From a virus (lineage: Duplodnaviria; Caudoviricetes): DNA of 39,201 nt. The stretch lies in the IMG/VR virus record IMGVR_UViG_3300008255_000058, positions 1 through 39,201 of that record, one strand, 5' to 3'. The position numbers and the translations under genes were made by a program. The notes under the pieces are model-generated. The model was not told where the DNA came from. It did no database searches and was given only the letters and a program-made list of their open reading frames with translations. Positions 15,604 through 24,900 of the stretch are shown one piece after another. The number at the start of each line of letters is the position of its first letter. The first letter of the stretch is position 1.

Positions 15604-17171
15604 TCTGCAGCTCCCGGCAGATCAATGCAAAGCCGGTCGCCGACCAGCACGACCGTCTCGGTCATGGCCAGCTGGCGCAGGCGCTTGGAGTCGTTGCCGC
15701 GCCGACCGAGCAGGCGCATGCGATCGCTCAGCTCGCGCGCCTTGCGCTCCTCGTCCGTTTCGCCTTTGTCTTCCGGTTTGTCAGGCGTGTCATTGGCAGG
15801 GGGCGGCGGCGGTGTCGCTGGGGGCTTTTCGGGCGGCGCTGGGGGCGTTGGCGGGGTTTCCTGTGCCGATGCAGCCAGCACAGCGCCAAGGAAGCCCAGC
15901 GCCGCCGCTGCGGCCCGGTATTCCGGATCCTCGCGGGCCAGCTCCCGAGCCTGCGCCTCGGCTTCACGTGCGACCCGCCGGGCCAGTGCCGTTGCTTCGA
16001 TGCGCGCCCTGTTCAGGTCCGCGCCGTGCTGGATCTCGCGGATCTCCTCGTCAATCTCGAGCTGCGCAATGATTCTCACAAACCTGCCGTGCAGGTCGGC
16101 ATAGGCGCCAAGGCCCAGCGCCGCGATTGCCTCGAGCAGCATGGCCAGGAAAAACAGGCCGCCATTCGACCATTGATCGGAGTCCCACCAGGTATGATCA
16201 CCGAGCCAGATGAACACTTCCCACGTATCGGCTGTGTTGTCGTTGACCGTGAGGTCGATTTTATTCGTTGCCTGCGCGGTCTCGATCGCCGCGATCTGGC
16301 GCTCCTTTTCGAGGATATCGGCGCGGGCGTCGGCCTGGTATTTCGAAATATCATCCTGCAGCTTCTGCACGCTGGCATTATCCGCCGCTGACATGCCGTC
16401 GACCTCGTCCTTGATCGCATCGATCGAGGCGCGGGCCTCTGCGATCGCCGCGTCGCGGTCCGCGCGAATACCCGCGATCTGGCCGTTGATCGTCGTGATC
16501 CGGCTGTCTTTCGTGTCAATCTGGGCCTGGGCGACTTCCTTGCCCATGATGGCGTCGATACCCTTGTCAGCATGGCCCGCCGCGAAAAAGTTCAGGGCCG
16601 ACAGGAGGCAGGCCGCGACGCAGAACAGCCAGATCGCGCGGACCGTAAGCCGGGCCGTCGTGTAGCCTTCGACGCCTTTGAACTTCTGCAGGAACACGCC
16701 GGACGCGACAGCACCGGTCCGCAGCACCAGGCCGAAGGCAATGAACACGGGCCAGAGCGCCCAATTGTCACCGGCGATCGACCCGAAAAAGATCATGTCC
16801 AGGACATAGACCACGCCGACAGATCCGACATATGTCGCAAATACGCCCTTGTCGGCGGCCTTGAGCAGCCAGATTCCTGTGATATCCGGAAACCGCCAGC
16901 GCCGGACCGACGCCATAGCGGCAATCAGCAGGCCAAACAGCCCGACGCTGATCACCGTGAAAGGAACACTCTGCGTGTGGTTCCAGGTAAATTCCGCCGC
17001 ATAGATCAACAGCGACCCGACGATCGGCGCGAGGCACAGCGCCGCAAATATCTTCAGCGGCCTTGACCCGGCAAACAGCCAGCCGGTACCGCGTCCGATG
17101 CCACGCCCGACGCCCACGGCGCCGGCCGATACGCTGCGACCGATGCCGCTGGCAAACGACTGCAGGCTCAT
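15600..17171 (-). CDS. Multi-pass membrane protein with a long coiled coil (DUF4407-like architecture)
   Basis: About 5 hydrophobic segments, ~110-aa heptad-rich region, a further TM, charged helix and Pro-rich linker; ATGA-coupled to Hsp70. Confidence 0.8.
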   Translation of the reverse strand: MSLQSFASGIGRSVSAGAVGVGRGIGRGTGWLFAGSRPLKIFAALCLAPIVGSLLIYAAEFTWNHTQSVPFTVISVGLFGLLIAAMASVRRWRFPDITGIWLLKAADKGVFATYVGSVGVVYVLDMIFFGSIAGDNWALWPVFIAFGLVLRTGAVASGVFLQKFKGVEGYTTARLTVRAIWLFCVAACLLSALNFFAAGHADKGIDAIMGKEVAQAQIDTKDSRITTINGQIAGIRADRDAAIAEARASIDAIKDEVDGMSAADNASVQKLQDDISKYQADARADILEKERQIAAIETAQATNKIDLTVNDNTADTWEVFIWLGDHTWWDSDQWSNGGLFFLAMLLEAIAALGLGAYADLHGRFVRIIAQLEIDEEIREIQHGADLNRARIEATALARRVAREAEAQARELAREDPEYRAAAAALGFLGAVLAASAQETPPTPPAPPEKPPATPPPPPANDTPDKPEDKGETDEERKARELSDRMRLLGRRGNDSKRLRQLAMTETVVLVGDRLCIDLPGAAE

Positions 17172-17503
17172 TCGCTGCCCTTTCCAAGCCGGTACCGGAT
17201 CGCGATCGAGATGCCTTCCTGGTGAATCATCAGCTCGACTTCGTCGACGTGCAGCGTGTGCCCGTCAGGCCCTGTCCGCTGCTGGTTGCGCAGCATGAAC
17301 ACCGACACGCCCAAGCCGAGAAAACCCTCGCGGGCCAGCTTCACGCGCAAGCTAGACGCCATTGCGTCCTCGATCGCGATCTGCTCGTGCCCACGCTCTC
17401 CGACGTGCGAAAAAGTCACGCCCTTGTTGATGTAGTGGTTTTCTTTTGCCCAGCCATCTGCCAGCCGGCGCAACAGGTCGCCCGTGATCTGGATCTCGTC
17501 CAT
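17168..17503 (-). CDS. Hypothetical protein
   Basis: GGAGG RBS; stop overlaps the next ATG. Confidence 0.7.
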   Translation of the reverse strand: MDEIQITGDLLRRLADGWAKENHYINKGVTFSHVGERGHEQIAIEDAMASSLRVKLAREGFLGLGVSVFMLRNQQRTGPDGHTLHVDEVELMIHQEGISIAIRYRLGKGSE

Positions 17504-17520
17504 GTCTCAGCCCTCCAAAT

Positions 17521-17904
17521 TTACCCGAATTTCCTCGAAATGTATGGCCACGCCCGCTCGAGCAGGCCCGCCGCGATCATGCCGATCACGATGATGTAAG
17601 GCATCCAGTCACGCCGTGGCGGAGGCGGAGGCGCAGGGGGCGGGATCTTTGTCGCGATATCTGTCGCGACCTTGGTTTCGACCTTTTCCCAGAGCAGGCT
17701 GAACGCGTTTTCGACCGTGCGCTTGACGGCATCGTCGACCCAGCCGCGGGTCTCGGCCTTATCGTCGCGCAGCACGCTCTTGAGCTCGGCCGCGACCTCC
17801 TTGATCGCGCTCGTCGTCTCGCGACGGATATCGATCAGGTGCTCATGCGTTGGCATGCCGCGCACCCGCTCTTTCAGGACGCCGAATTCTTCCTCGATCG
17901 ACAT
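17521..17904 (-). CDS. Coiled-coil protein with a C-terminal TM (XhlA-like or holin candidate)
   Basis: Helical N-terminus, poly-Pro, WMPYIIVIGMIAAGLL. Confidence 0.65.
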   Translation of the reverse strand: MSIEEEFGVLKERVRGMPTHEHLIDIRRETTSAIKEVAAELKSVLRDDKAETRGWVDDAVKRTVENAFSLLWEKVETKVATDIATKIPPPAPPPPPRRDWMPYIIVIGMIAAGLLERAWPYISRKFG

Positions 17905-18419
17905 TAGACGACCTTGGCACTGCGCAGCTCGTATTCGATGCCAAACAGCAGCGTGTGCCGCTCCTGCTCGTCCTTTGTCGCTGCATTGGATCCGACCAGG
18001 CCTGACAGGCGCTGGTATTCTTCGCTCAGGCGCGGGCGGGCCTGGGCGATCGTCTCGCCTGGCAGCATCAGCCCGCGAAACGTCGTCGACACAACTGGCC
18101 CGCTGCGGGCCTGCGCTTCCTCCATCTTCCGAAGTGTTTCCGCGAGCGACGGGGCTGGCGCCGGCACTGCCGGCAGCGCATTGGGATCCAGCCGCCGGAT
18201 ATCCTCCTCGAGGCGTTCGCCATAGTTGCGCAGGATCTTGCCAATTTCGGCGAGCCGCTTGTGCACCTGCTCGGCAGCGAATTCCTCAGGCCCATGATCA
18301 TCGTCATTGAGCAGGACCAGCGCCGACGTGGTCAGCTGGTCGATCATCCCGCGCGCCGCGCGCAATTCCTTGCGGGCCGACACGGCATAGCCGACCGAAA
18401 GTTTAAGGGTATCAGCCAT
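17904..18419 (-). CDS. Hypothetical protein
   Basis: AAGGA RBS; TAATG coupling to the next gene. Confidence 0.7.
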   Translation of the reverse strand: MADTLKLSVGYAVSARKELRAARGMIDQLTTSALVLLNDDDHGPEEFAAEQVHKRLAEIGKILRNYGERLEEDIRRLDPNALPAVPAPAPSLAETLRKMEEAQARSGPVVSTTFRGLMLPGETIAQARPRLSEEYQRLSGLVGSNAATKDEQERHTLLFGIEYELRSAKVV

Positions 18420-18423
18420 TAGG

Positions 18424-18762
18424 TCATTCCTTCTTGCAGTAATAGCTTGGCCGCTCGGTCACCAGCTGCCGGCAGAGGCGCTGGAACTCGGAGCCGTGTT
18501 CCTTGATCTTCTCGCCATGCTGGCGCCAGGCAAGGATGTGCGCGACCTCGTGCCGGATCCGGTTTTCCATTTCCTCGGGCTTCGGCGCGTCGCGGTTGGC
18601 AAGGATCCACTCGCCGCCGTCAGGGTCGCGCGCAGCCATCGCAGAGCGGTCAGTTCCCGGTCGACGCATCCACGGGTCATCGCCCGGAACTTCCTGCACG
18701 ATGACCCCGTTTGGCTGGTTCTGTTCCAGCAGGGCCTGCGCGACGATTTCTGCGGGGGTCAT
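18424..18762 (-). CDS. Small SprT-like Zn metallopeptidase
   Basis: IRHEVAH (HExxH) followed by HGSEFQRLCRQL. Confidence 0.7.
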   Translation of the reverse strand: MTPAEIVAQALLEQNQPNGVIVQEVPGDDPWMRRPGTDRSAMAARDPDGGEWILANRDAPKPEEMENRIRHEVAHILAWRQHGEKIKEHGSEFQRLCRQLVTERPSYYCKKE

Positions 18763-19139
18763 CAGATAGGGCCGCCGCCGCTGATAATGACGGTGCCGGA
18801 TGCAAGCACCGTGCTGCCGAGCCTGATTTCAATGGTCAGGTTGGCAGATCCTGAAACGCCAACAGTCCATGTCCGCGTACTGGTCAGGGCAAGCCAGCTG
18901 CCCGTTGTGCCCGTGGCGACAGATCCGCTGTTAAGCGTGGCGCGACACTCATATGCGCCAGGCGCCTTGCCTTTGGGCGTTATCCAGTCGCCAACATCCC
19001 CAACGACAGCGGCGATAATATCGCCGTCGCTTTCCAGCGCATATGAGCTGCCAGATCCAGGAAGGCCTATATAGGTGCCCGCCGCAACGTCGAGGGTGAC
19101 CTTACCCAGCGTTGCCATGAAGGCGAGCAGCATGCTCAC
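18762..19139 (-). CDS. Tail-fibre-associated small beta protein
   Basis: G/S/T-rich; ATGA-coupled to the fibre gene. Confidence 0.6.
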   Translation of the reverse strand: MSMLLAFMATLGKVTLDVAAGTYIGLPGSGSSYALESDGDIIAAVVGDVGDWITPKGKAPGAYECRATLNSGSVATGTTGSWLALTSTRTWTVGVSGSANLTIEIRLGSTVLASGTVIISGGGPI

Positions 19140-20413
19140 GACACGTCGCCCGTGAGATACACGACCGTTCCCGATTCATAATTGAAGCCCATGACACCCC
19201 GCGAGGAAAGCGTCGCGCTGGATACGTTGGTGCCGTTCACATACATGGTCAGGCCGGAGCCGCGCGTAATCGTCCTTGCGGCTGATCCGGCGCGTACAAT
19301 CCCCATGTCACCCGGCGAAAACACGTTCGCGGGCATGGTAATATTGCCCGTTGCCGTGATCTGTTCGTTCGCATTACCTGCAACGGTCAGGGTGCCTGTG
19401 GTGACGCTTCCTATTCCGGGTGCCGCCTTGATTGTTCCTGCGCTCAGTTCGCCGGAAACATCAGCCGCACCATTGATGTCAATCAGCGTGGCGTTCAGTT
19501 CAATTTCATCTATTGTATCGCCAGTTCGCTGCAAAGAAATGGCGTTTACAAAACTGGTGACGCCATCGTTATTCGCCTGAATACGCAAGACGCCATTCGC
19601 GCTTGATAACCGCCAAATTTTCTCGTCTGCGCCCGCATCTGACTCAACCAAAACATAAGCAGGTAAATTGGCGTTTATTTGCTGCTGGCCGTAATAGACA
19701 TTGGAACCGCTAAGTGTCGCAAATGCACTCGCCTGCACCCCGTCCAGCGTATCCGCGTCAAGCCCTGACCCGGCCCCGTCATTGGCGCTGGTCCAGAGAG
19801 TCCCGCCAGCTGCACCGAGATAGCCCCACTGGGCCGCACTGATCGTGGTCGATCCAATGTTCTGCAACTCGCCCAGTTCCGCCGCTGTAAGGGGCGTGCC
19901 TGCATATGTATCAAGGTCAGCGTCCCATGCCTGAACGTTGGCGCCGATCACGAGGCCCAGTGCCGTGCGCGCATTGGCCGGGGTTTTCACCTCCCATGCC
20001 GTCCCGCCAGCATTGCCTGCGATGAAGTTATTGGCGGCCACCGTCAGGCCCGCCAGCGTGGACAGGTCTGCGTCCAGTTCCAGCGCCGTGCCGTTGAACA
20101 CGAGGCCCGTGCCAAGCGTCAGCCACCCGATGGCGCCTGCGCTGTCGTCCCATCCCAGCAGGCGATCCGCGCCCGGATCCGTCAGCGCCGCAACATCGTC
20201 GAGCAGGTCGTCCTGCGCCTGCGCACCGAGAGCCGTGCGCGCCGCCGCCGCAGAACTGGCGCCTGTGCCGCCTGCTACGATCGGGCGGACCGTGTTGGAA
20301 TCGGACTCCAGGTCCTCAGCAAGCGTGTTGAACTTCGTGCTGCTGACCGGGTCACCGCTCACCGCCGCCGTGTTTGCCGGCAGGCTGTATGTACCGCTTC
20401 CATCTCTAGGCAT
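19136..20413 (-). CDS. Tail fibre protein
   Basis: AGGAGGT RBS, MPRDGSGTYSLP start; PIVAGGTGASSAAAARTALG, VQAWDADL, NDGAGSGLDADTLDG fibre motifs. Confidence 0.85.
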   Translation of the reverse strand: MPRDGSGTYSLPANTAAVSGDPVSSTKFNTLAEDLESDSNTVRPIVAGGTGASSAAAARTALGAQAQDDLLDDVAALTDPGADRLLGWDDSAGAIGWLTLGTGLVFNGTALELDADLSTLAGLTVAANNFIAGNAGGTAWEVKTPANARTALGLVIGANVQAWDADLDTYAGTPLTAAELGELQNIGSTTISAAQWGYLGAAGGTLWTSANDGAGSGLDADTLDGVQASAFATLSGSNVYYGQQQINANLPAYVLVESDAGADEKIWRLSSANGVLRIQANNDGVTSFVNAISLQRTGDTIDEIELNATLIDINGAADVSGELSAGTIKAAPGIGSVTTGTLTVAGNANEQITATGNITMPANVFSPGDMGIVRAGSAARTITRGSGLTMYVNGTNVSSATLSSRGVMGFNYESGTVVYLTGDVS

Positions 20414-20445
20414 CGGCTCACCTCCTGAATATAGGGACTGAAAAT

Positions 20446-21021
20446 TTAGCGGGGCTTGCGGCCGTGGTTCAGATGGAACCCGTATTTGAGCTCGGCAGCT
20501 TTGCGCGCCGCGACAGCGTCGTCGAACGAGTCGAACAGTCCGAGGTGCAGATGCACCGTTTGGACCGTAATTTGAGCCTGCCACTTAGAGCGTTCGGAAT
20601 TCCAAAACACGCCGGTCACGCCGCTGGCGTTGTCAGATCGGCGCTGTTGGTTCTTGGAATTTTGCGCTCCAGTGGCGTTGCGCAAGTTCGCAATCCTGTT
20701 GTCTGTTCGAAAACCGCTGATGTGGTCGACCTCATCTTCCGGCCAACGTTCATGATAAACGGCGAAAGCGACCCGATGAGCCAGCACCGGTTTGTAGAGT
20801 ATGCAACCTGCACGATAGCCGTCCGATGTCTCAGAGGTGAATGCCTGCTTACCGGCATTGCGACCATTCCAAACGTTGGCGGATACTTGGCGGCCTCGGG
20901 CACCTTCTGCAAACATCCAGACCGGCCGTTCTTTCCAGGTCAGCTTGCCTGTCTCCGGGTCATAGTCGAGCAGGCGCCGCAGCACCCTTGCCGACGGTAA
21001 TTTACGCTTCTGTCCTGGCAC
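20446..21021 (-). CDS. HNH endonuclease with a C-terminal AP2 domain
   Basis: LDYDPETGKLTW, AHRV, VDHISG..DNRIANLR..N, SGVTGV..KWQAQI..LGLFDSFDDAVAARKAAE. Confidence 0.9.
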   Translation of the reverse strand: MPGQKRKLPSARVLRRLLDYDPETGKLTWKERPVWMFAEGARGRQVSANVWNGRNAGKQAFTSETSDGYRAGCILYKPVLAHRVAFAVYHERWPEDEVDHISGFRTDNRIANLRNATGAQNSKNQQRRSDNASGVTGVFWNSERSKWQAQITVQTVHLHLGLFDSFDDAVAARKAAELKYGFHLNHGRKPR

Positions 21022-21030
21022 GGTACTTGC

Positions 21031-21246
21031 TCAGACCGGTCTGAGGAGAACCGGTGCAGCGGGCCGTTCAAAATCCTGCAGCGCCTCTGAAAGGGACTTA
21101 AGCAGTTCGAATGCTGCATGCCGCGTATACGCCGCCGCTTGGACAACCTGGACGCCGCCATTGGTGCGCAGGCGGCTCTGAACCAGTATCATGTCGCCGA
21201 GTGACTCGACGTTCGGCGATGCGTTGGAGTATGAGAAATCAGCCAT
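21031..21246 (-). CDS. Small hypothetical protein, antirepressor-position candidate
   Basis: GAGG RBS; preceded by a leader hairpin; divergent from the RHH gene. Confidence 0.6.
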   Translation of the reverse strand: MADFSYSNASPNVESLGDMILVQSRLRTNGGVQVVQAAAYTRHAAFELLKSLSEALQDFERPAAPVLLRPV

Positions 21247-21277
21247 TGGGACCTCTTGAGCAGGTGCTGGTGGTTAG

Positions 21278-21360
21278 GGCCGGGTGGGAAGGGCCAACTT
21301 CCCCCCGGTCTGCCAATGTGGTATCAGAGTTTTATGAGCAAATCAATAACCGTGAAATCA
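21278..21360. promoter_or_regulatory. Leader hairpin and probable RHH operator sites
   Basis: Hairpin 21278-21310; TGTGGTATCA (21317) and CGTGAAATCA (21351), with an inverted copy TGATTTCACA at 21428. Confidence 0.45.
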
Positions 21361-21543
21361 CAGAAGCGCCGAGGACCTGCGCCAACCGGAAAAGGCACGC
21401 CGGTAATGGTTAGGCTCCATGAACCAATGATTTCACAAATTGATCAGTGGGCTCAAGAGTTTGCCCCTGGCGAGTCCCTCTCGCGACCAGAAGCGATTCG
21501 CCGTATGCTAGCGGAGTACCTAAAAAGCTGTGGGGTGAACTGA
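21334..21543 (+). CDS. Arc/CopG-like ribbon-helix-helix regulator
   Basis: KRRGPAPTGKGTPVMVRL...IDQWA...SRPEAIRRML. Confidence 0.8.
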   Translation: MSKSITVKSQKRRGPAPTGKGTPVMVRLHEPMISQIDQWAQEFAPGESLSRPEAIRRMLAEYLKSCGVN

Positions 21544-21544
21544 C

Positions 21545-21679
21545 ATGGATGTTGCGGGCTGCGGAGTAGTACTGGTTGTTATCGGCATCATCGCCGCGCT
21601 GTTCGTGTTCCTGCCGTGGCCGATTGCGCTCATCATCATTATTGGCTTGGGGCTCATCAGCGCGGGATATTCGAGGTAA
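21545..21679 (+). CDS. 44-aa two-TM membrane peptide
   Basis: MDVAGCGVVLVVIGIIAALFVFLPWPIALIIIIGLGLISAGYSR; 1 bp after the RHH stop; not in the ORF track. Confidence 0.65.
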   Translation: MDVAGCGVVLVVIGIIAALFVFLPWPIALIIIIGLGLISAGYSR

Positions 21680-21684
21680 AATTG

Positions 21685-21969
21685 ATGCTCAAGCGTACGC
21701 TGAAAATGCTGTGGAGATTCTACCAAGCGCTTGAAAATTGGAGCTGGGTCATAGGCATCGTCGCAGCATTCGCGGCCTTCCTGGTTAAATGGTTGAGCGC
21801 CCGGCTGCCTAATGAATACCTCGACTTCGCTTTTGGTCTGTCCGAGGCTCAATACCCACTGCTGCTGGTTGCGATATCTGGCTTTGTCCTGGCGTTTGTC
21901 GGCATAATCCGGACCAATCTGCAGGAGTGGTACACTCACAGAAGATCGTCTAATCCACCGCCGCGCTGA
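21685..21969 (+). CDS. Two-TM membrane protein, superinfection-exclusion candidate
   Basis: GAGG RBS before ATG 21685; WSWVIGIVAAFAAFLV and LLLVAISGFVLAFVGII; AT-richer than flanks. Confidence 0.6.
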   Translation: MLKRTLKMLWRFYQALENWSWVIGIVAAFAAFLVKWLSARLPNEYLDFAFGLSEAQYPLLLVAISGFVLAFVGIIRTNLQEWYTHRRSSNPPPR

Positions 21970-24900
21970 CATTCGACAACCGGTCTTCATCGGCCTGCAG
22001 AGCACGAATAGTCTGAGCATTGAGCTTGCCGTTTTCGACCAAGCCCCGCTTTTTCTGGTACTTGCGGACAGCCTCCGAAGTTTTTGATCTGCCCACAGTT
22101 CCGAATTTCCCATCAAGGACAAGATTTGTCCCGAGAATGACATTTAGCAGGCCCTGTACTTCCACCATGTCGTCGCCATCTGAGGCCAGATTTTCTGAGT
22201 AATCCCGAAATTCTTCGAAGCGTGCCACTTCAGATTTGGCCTTCTGTTCCCTAATCGATTGAGATGTTTTCACACTCCCCGCTACTCCCGCTGCCAGCAT
22301 CGCAGCAGCAACAGCCTGGCCCTTCAGCTCGTGACTGCCGAGCGGTTTGACCTCGCCGCTGGCGATCCTGTAGGCATCTTCGGCGCGGTCCGGGTTTAGC
22401 AGCAGGTCAAGCATCTCATTGTCGGTCTCGAGCTGGCGGCGTCCCGGCACGGCCGTGGCGCGCAAGTCGGGCAGGATGCCTGGCTCCTCCCGCAGGCGCT
22501 GGCGCACCGTGTCAGCGAACCGTCGCGCCTCGCGCACCAGAGCCGCGACGCTCGTATCCACCGCAGCAGGCACTTCATCGGCGATCTGGCGCAGGTTGGC
22601 CGTCTGGCCTTTCGATTTGGCCTTTGCCGCCTCCACCGCCGCCGTCGCATCGTCGATGCGCTTGAGCAGGGCGGCCTGGGCAGCTGCCTTGGCTTTCTGG
22701 GTCTTGAACTTCGTGTGCCCGCCGTCCGCGCCGAAAAAGCCGCGCAATTCATCCATCGCCGACTCAAGTTCAGCGCGGGCCGCCATGGTCTCGCGGTAGG
22801 CCCGGGACCGTGATTTCTTCGCCAGTCCAGCGGCCCGCTCGGCGTCCCGCAGCTTTTCAGCGGCAAGGTCGTAGCTCGTCAGGTACTGGTCGACCGCCTT
22901 TGCGTTTTCCTGCGCCTGGGCAGCGCGCTTGCTGCCGCGTCCGACGCGGCCACTGGTCAGCACCTGTTCGGCATCGCTTGCCGCCCGGCCCACTTCGGCC
23001 GCAGCCGCATCAGGGACGCGCATGCTTTCAATCGCAGCCTTGCCCGGCGTGGGCGTGTCCATGGCCGAAGGCGCGAGCAGTTCAGACTGCCGCCGCGGGT
23101 TGCGAGGCGACCGCACACGGCGATCAGCGGCTCGCAAGCCTTTCGCGATCAGCTTGCCAGGGCCGGTGGTATTGCCGTCAGGCAGGAAGCCAGCGGGCTT
23201 GACGGGGCCCGGCTCGTTGATCAGGTCATCAAGGCCGCGACCGAGCTTTTTCTTTGGGCGCTTGCGGGATTTGGCTTTCGGCGCAGGTTCGGGCGCCTGC
23301 GGGGCTGGCGGCCCTCCGCCACTGCCGCCCGCTGCCGGCGCCGCGCCGCCGCCAGGACCGCGCAGGGTCTTGCCGACCGGGCCCGTATTTGCGCGCTGCT
23401 GCAGCCGGGCGAGCTGGCGCAACATGTCGTCGCCCTGCGAAAGCAGTATCTCGGTCGCCGACCGGTTAATCTCCGGATTCATGACACCGGGCTGGACGAA
23501 CTTATTTTCCGCCCAGTTACCCAACTTTTGAAGCATTCTGCTTTGCGCAGCCGCAGGTCCTTGCGACACCGCCGAGCCGATTGCCTCGCCAATGTTCGAC
23601 ATAAACGTGTCATCGATCGATGCATCGGCCATGTCAGCCTGACGGAATGCCGTGCGGCTGTTGCCGAGGGTTTCGACGGTGAAGTCTGACCGGTTGGCGA
23701 CGCGCTCGACCTCCTGCTCAAGCTGCGCATTCAGGCGGGTCTGTTTGGCGCGGAGATCCTCCTTGCCCTTTTTAGTCAGCTTTTTCGGGAGCACAGCGTT
23801 GATCTTTTCCCTGATCGCCGGCGTTCGTGCGACCTTGCGCGTCGCGTCCGCAAAGCCTTTCATGTTGGACTGGTTGCGCAGGTCGTCACCGATCGCCCGC
23901 GCCGCGCCGATCGTGTAGGCTTGGCGCCCTTCCGGCGATGCCGGCGGAATCTCGATCTCAGGAGTCTTGTACCCCTGCAGCACCTGGTCGATGTCTTCGA
24001 CGTCGACGTTCTTGTTCATGAACTTGCGACCTTCCTTCAGGAGCTCGCCGCGGCGAATGCGTTCTGCTGCGATTGCCCGGGCCTCGCCGATGCCAGACGG
24101 ATCAATGATGGCCCGCAGGCCGTCGCGCAGGTTTTTCAGGCCGGATGGCACGTCCTCGGGCTTGCCCTTTCCTTCAACTGCCTGGTCGTACTTGCGGTTG
24201 ATCATGCGCTCGACATAGTCCGCCGCCTGAACCGACACGCGACGCGGTCGCTGGCCGTTCTCGATCTGCGCAACCATGGTTTTCAGCTCGTCGCGAATTT
24301 TAGGGAGCCGCATAGTATCTGCATATTTTGCGGCGCTTTTGACAGCTTCGCGCGCGACCTCGCTCTGCTCAATCTCACTCAGGAAACGGCCTGCGGTCTC
24401 GTTGTTGAAAAACGTCTGGTATTTGCGGCCCTCGCGCTCGTGGAAGTGGGCGAAATCATAGTACGGCTCGGGATCAGATGCCCGTGCGCGGGCTGCCTCG
24501 GCTTTCGCTTTTGGAAAATCCTTGCGGTCCGCGCCCATGGCCTCGGCGAACCGGCCTTCGAGCAGGTTGACCTCGTTCTTTCCGCGCTCGAGCAGGACGG
24601 CCTTGGCTGCCTCCTCACTCTGGCGGTTTGCCGTCACCATCGCCGACAGCAGGCCCCGTTCATTCGGGCCCATGAACTCGGCCAGGGTCTCAGGGACTTC
24701 GCCGGTCTTGTTCCAGGCCTCGAAATCGGCCCGCACCTTTTCCAGCGACGTGCCGGACCGCTCGGCCCGGCGCAGGACCATGTCGAGCGCCTTGTTTTCC
24801 GCGCTGGTGAACGCTTTGTAACCGATTGCCTTGACGATCGGCGCAACGGCGTACTCCGCCGCCGGGCCCAGCACAAAACCGCCTGCCGCGCCGATCGCGC

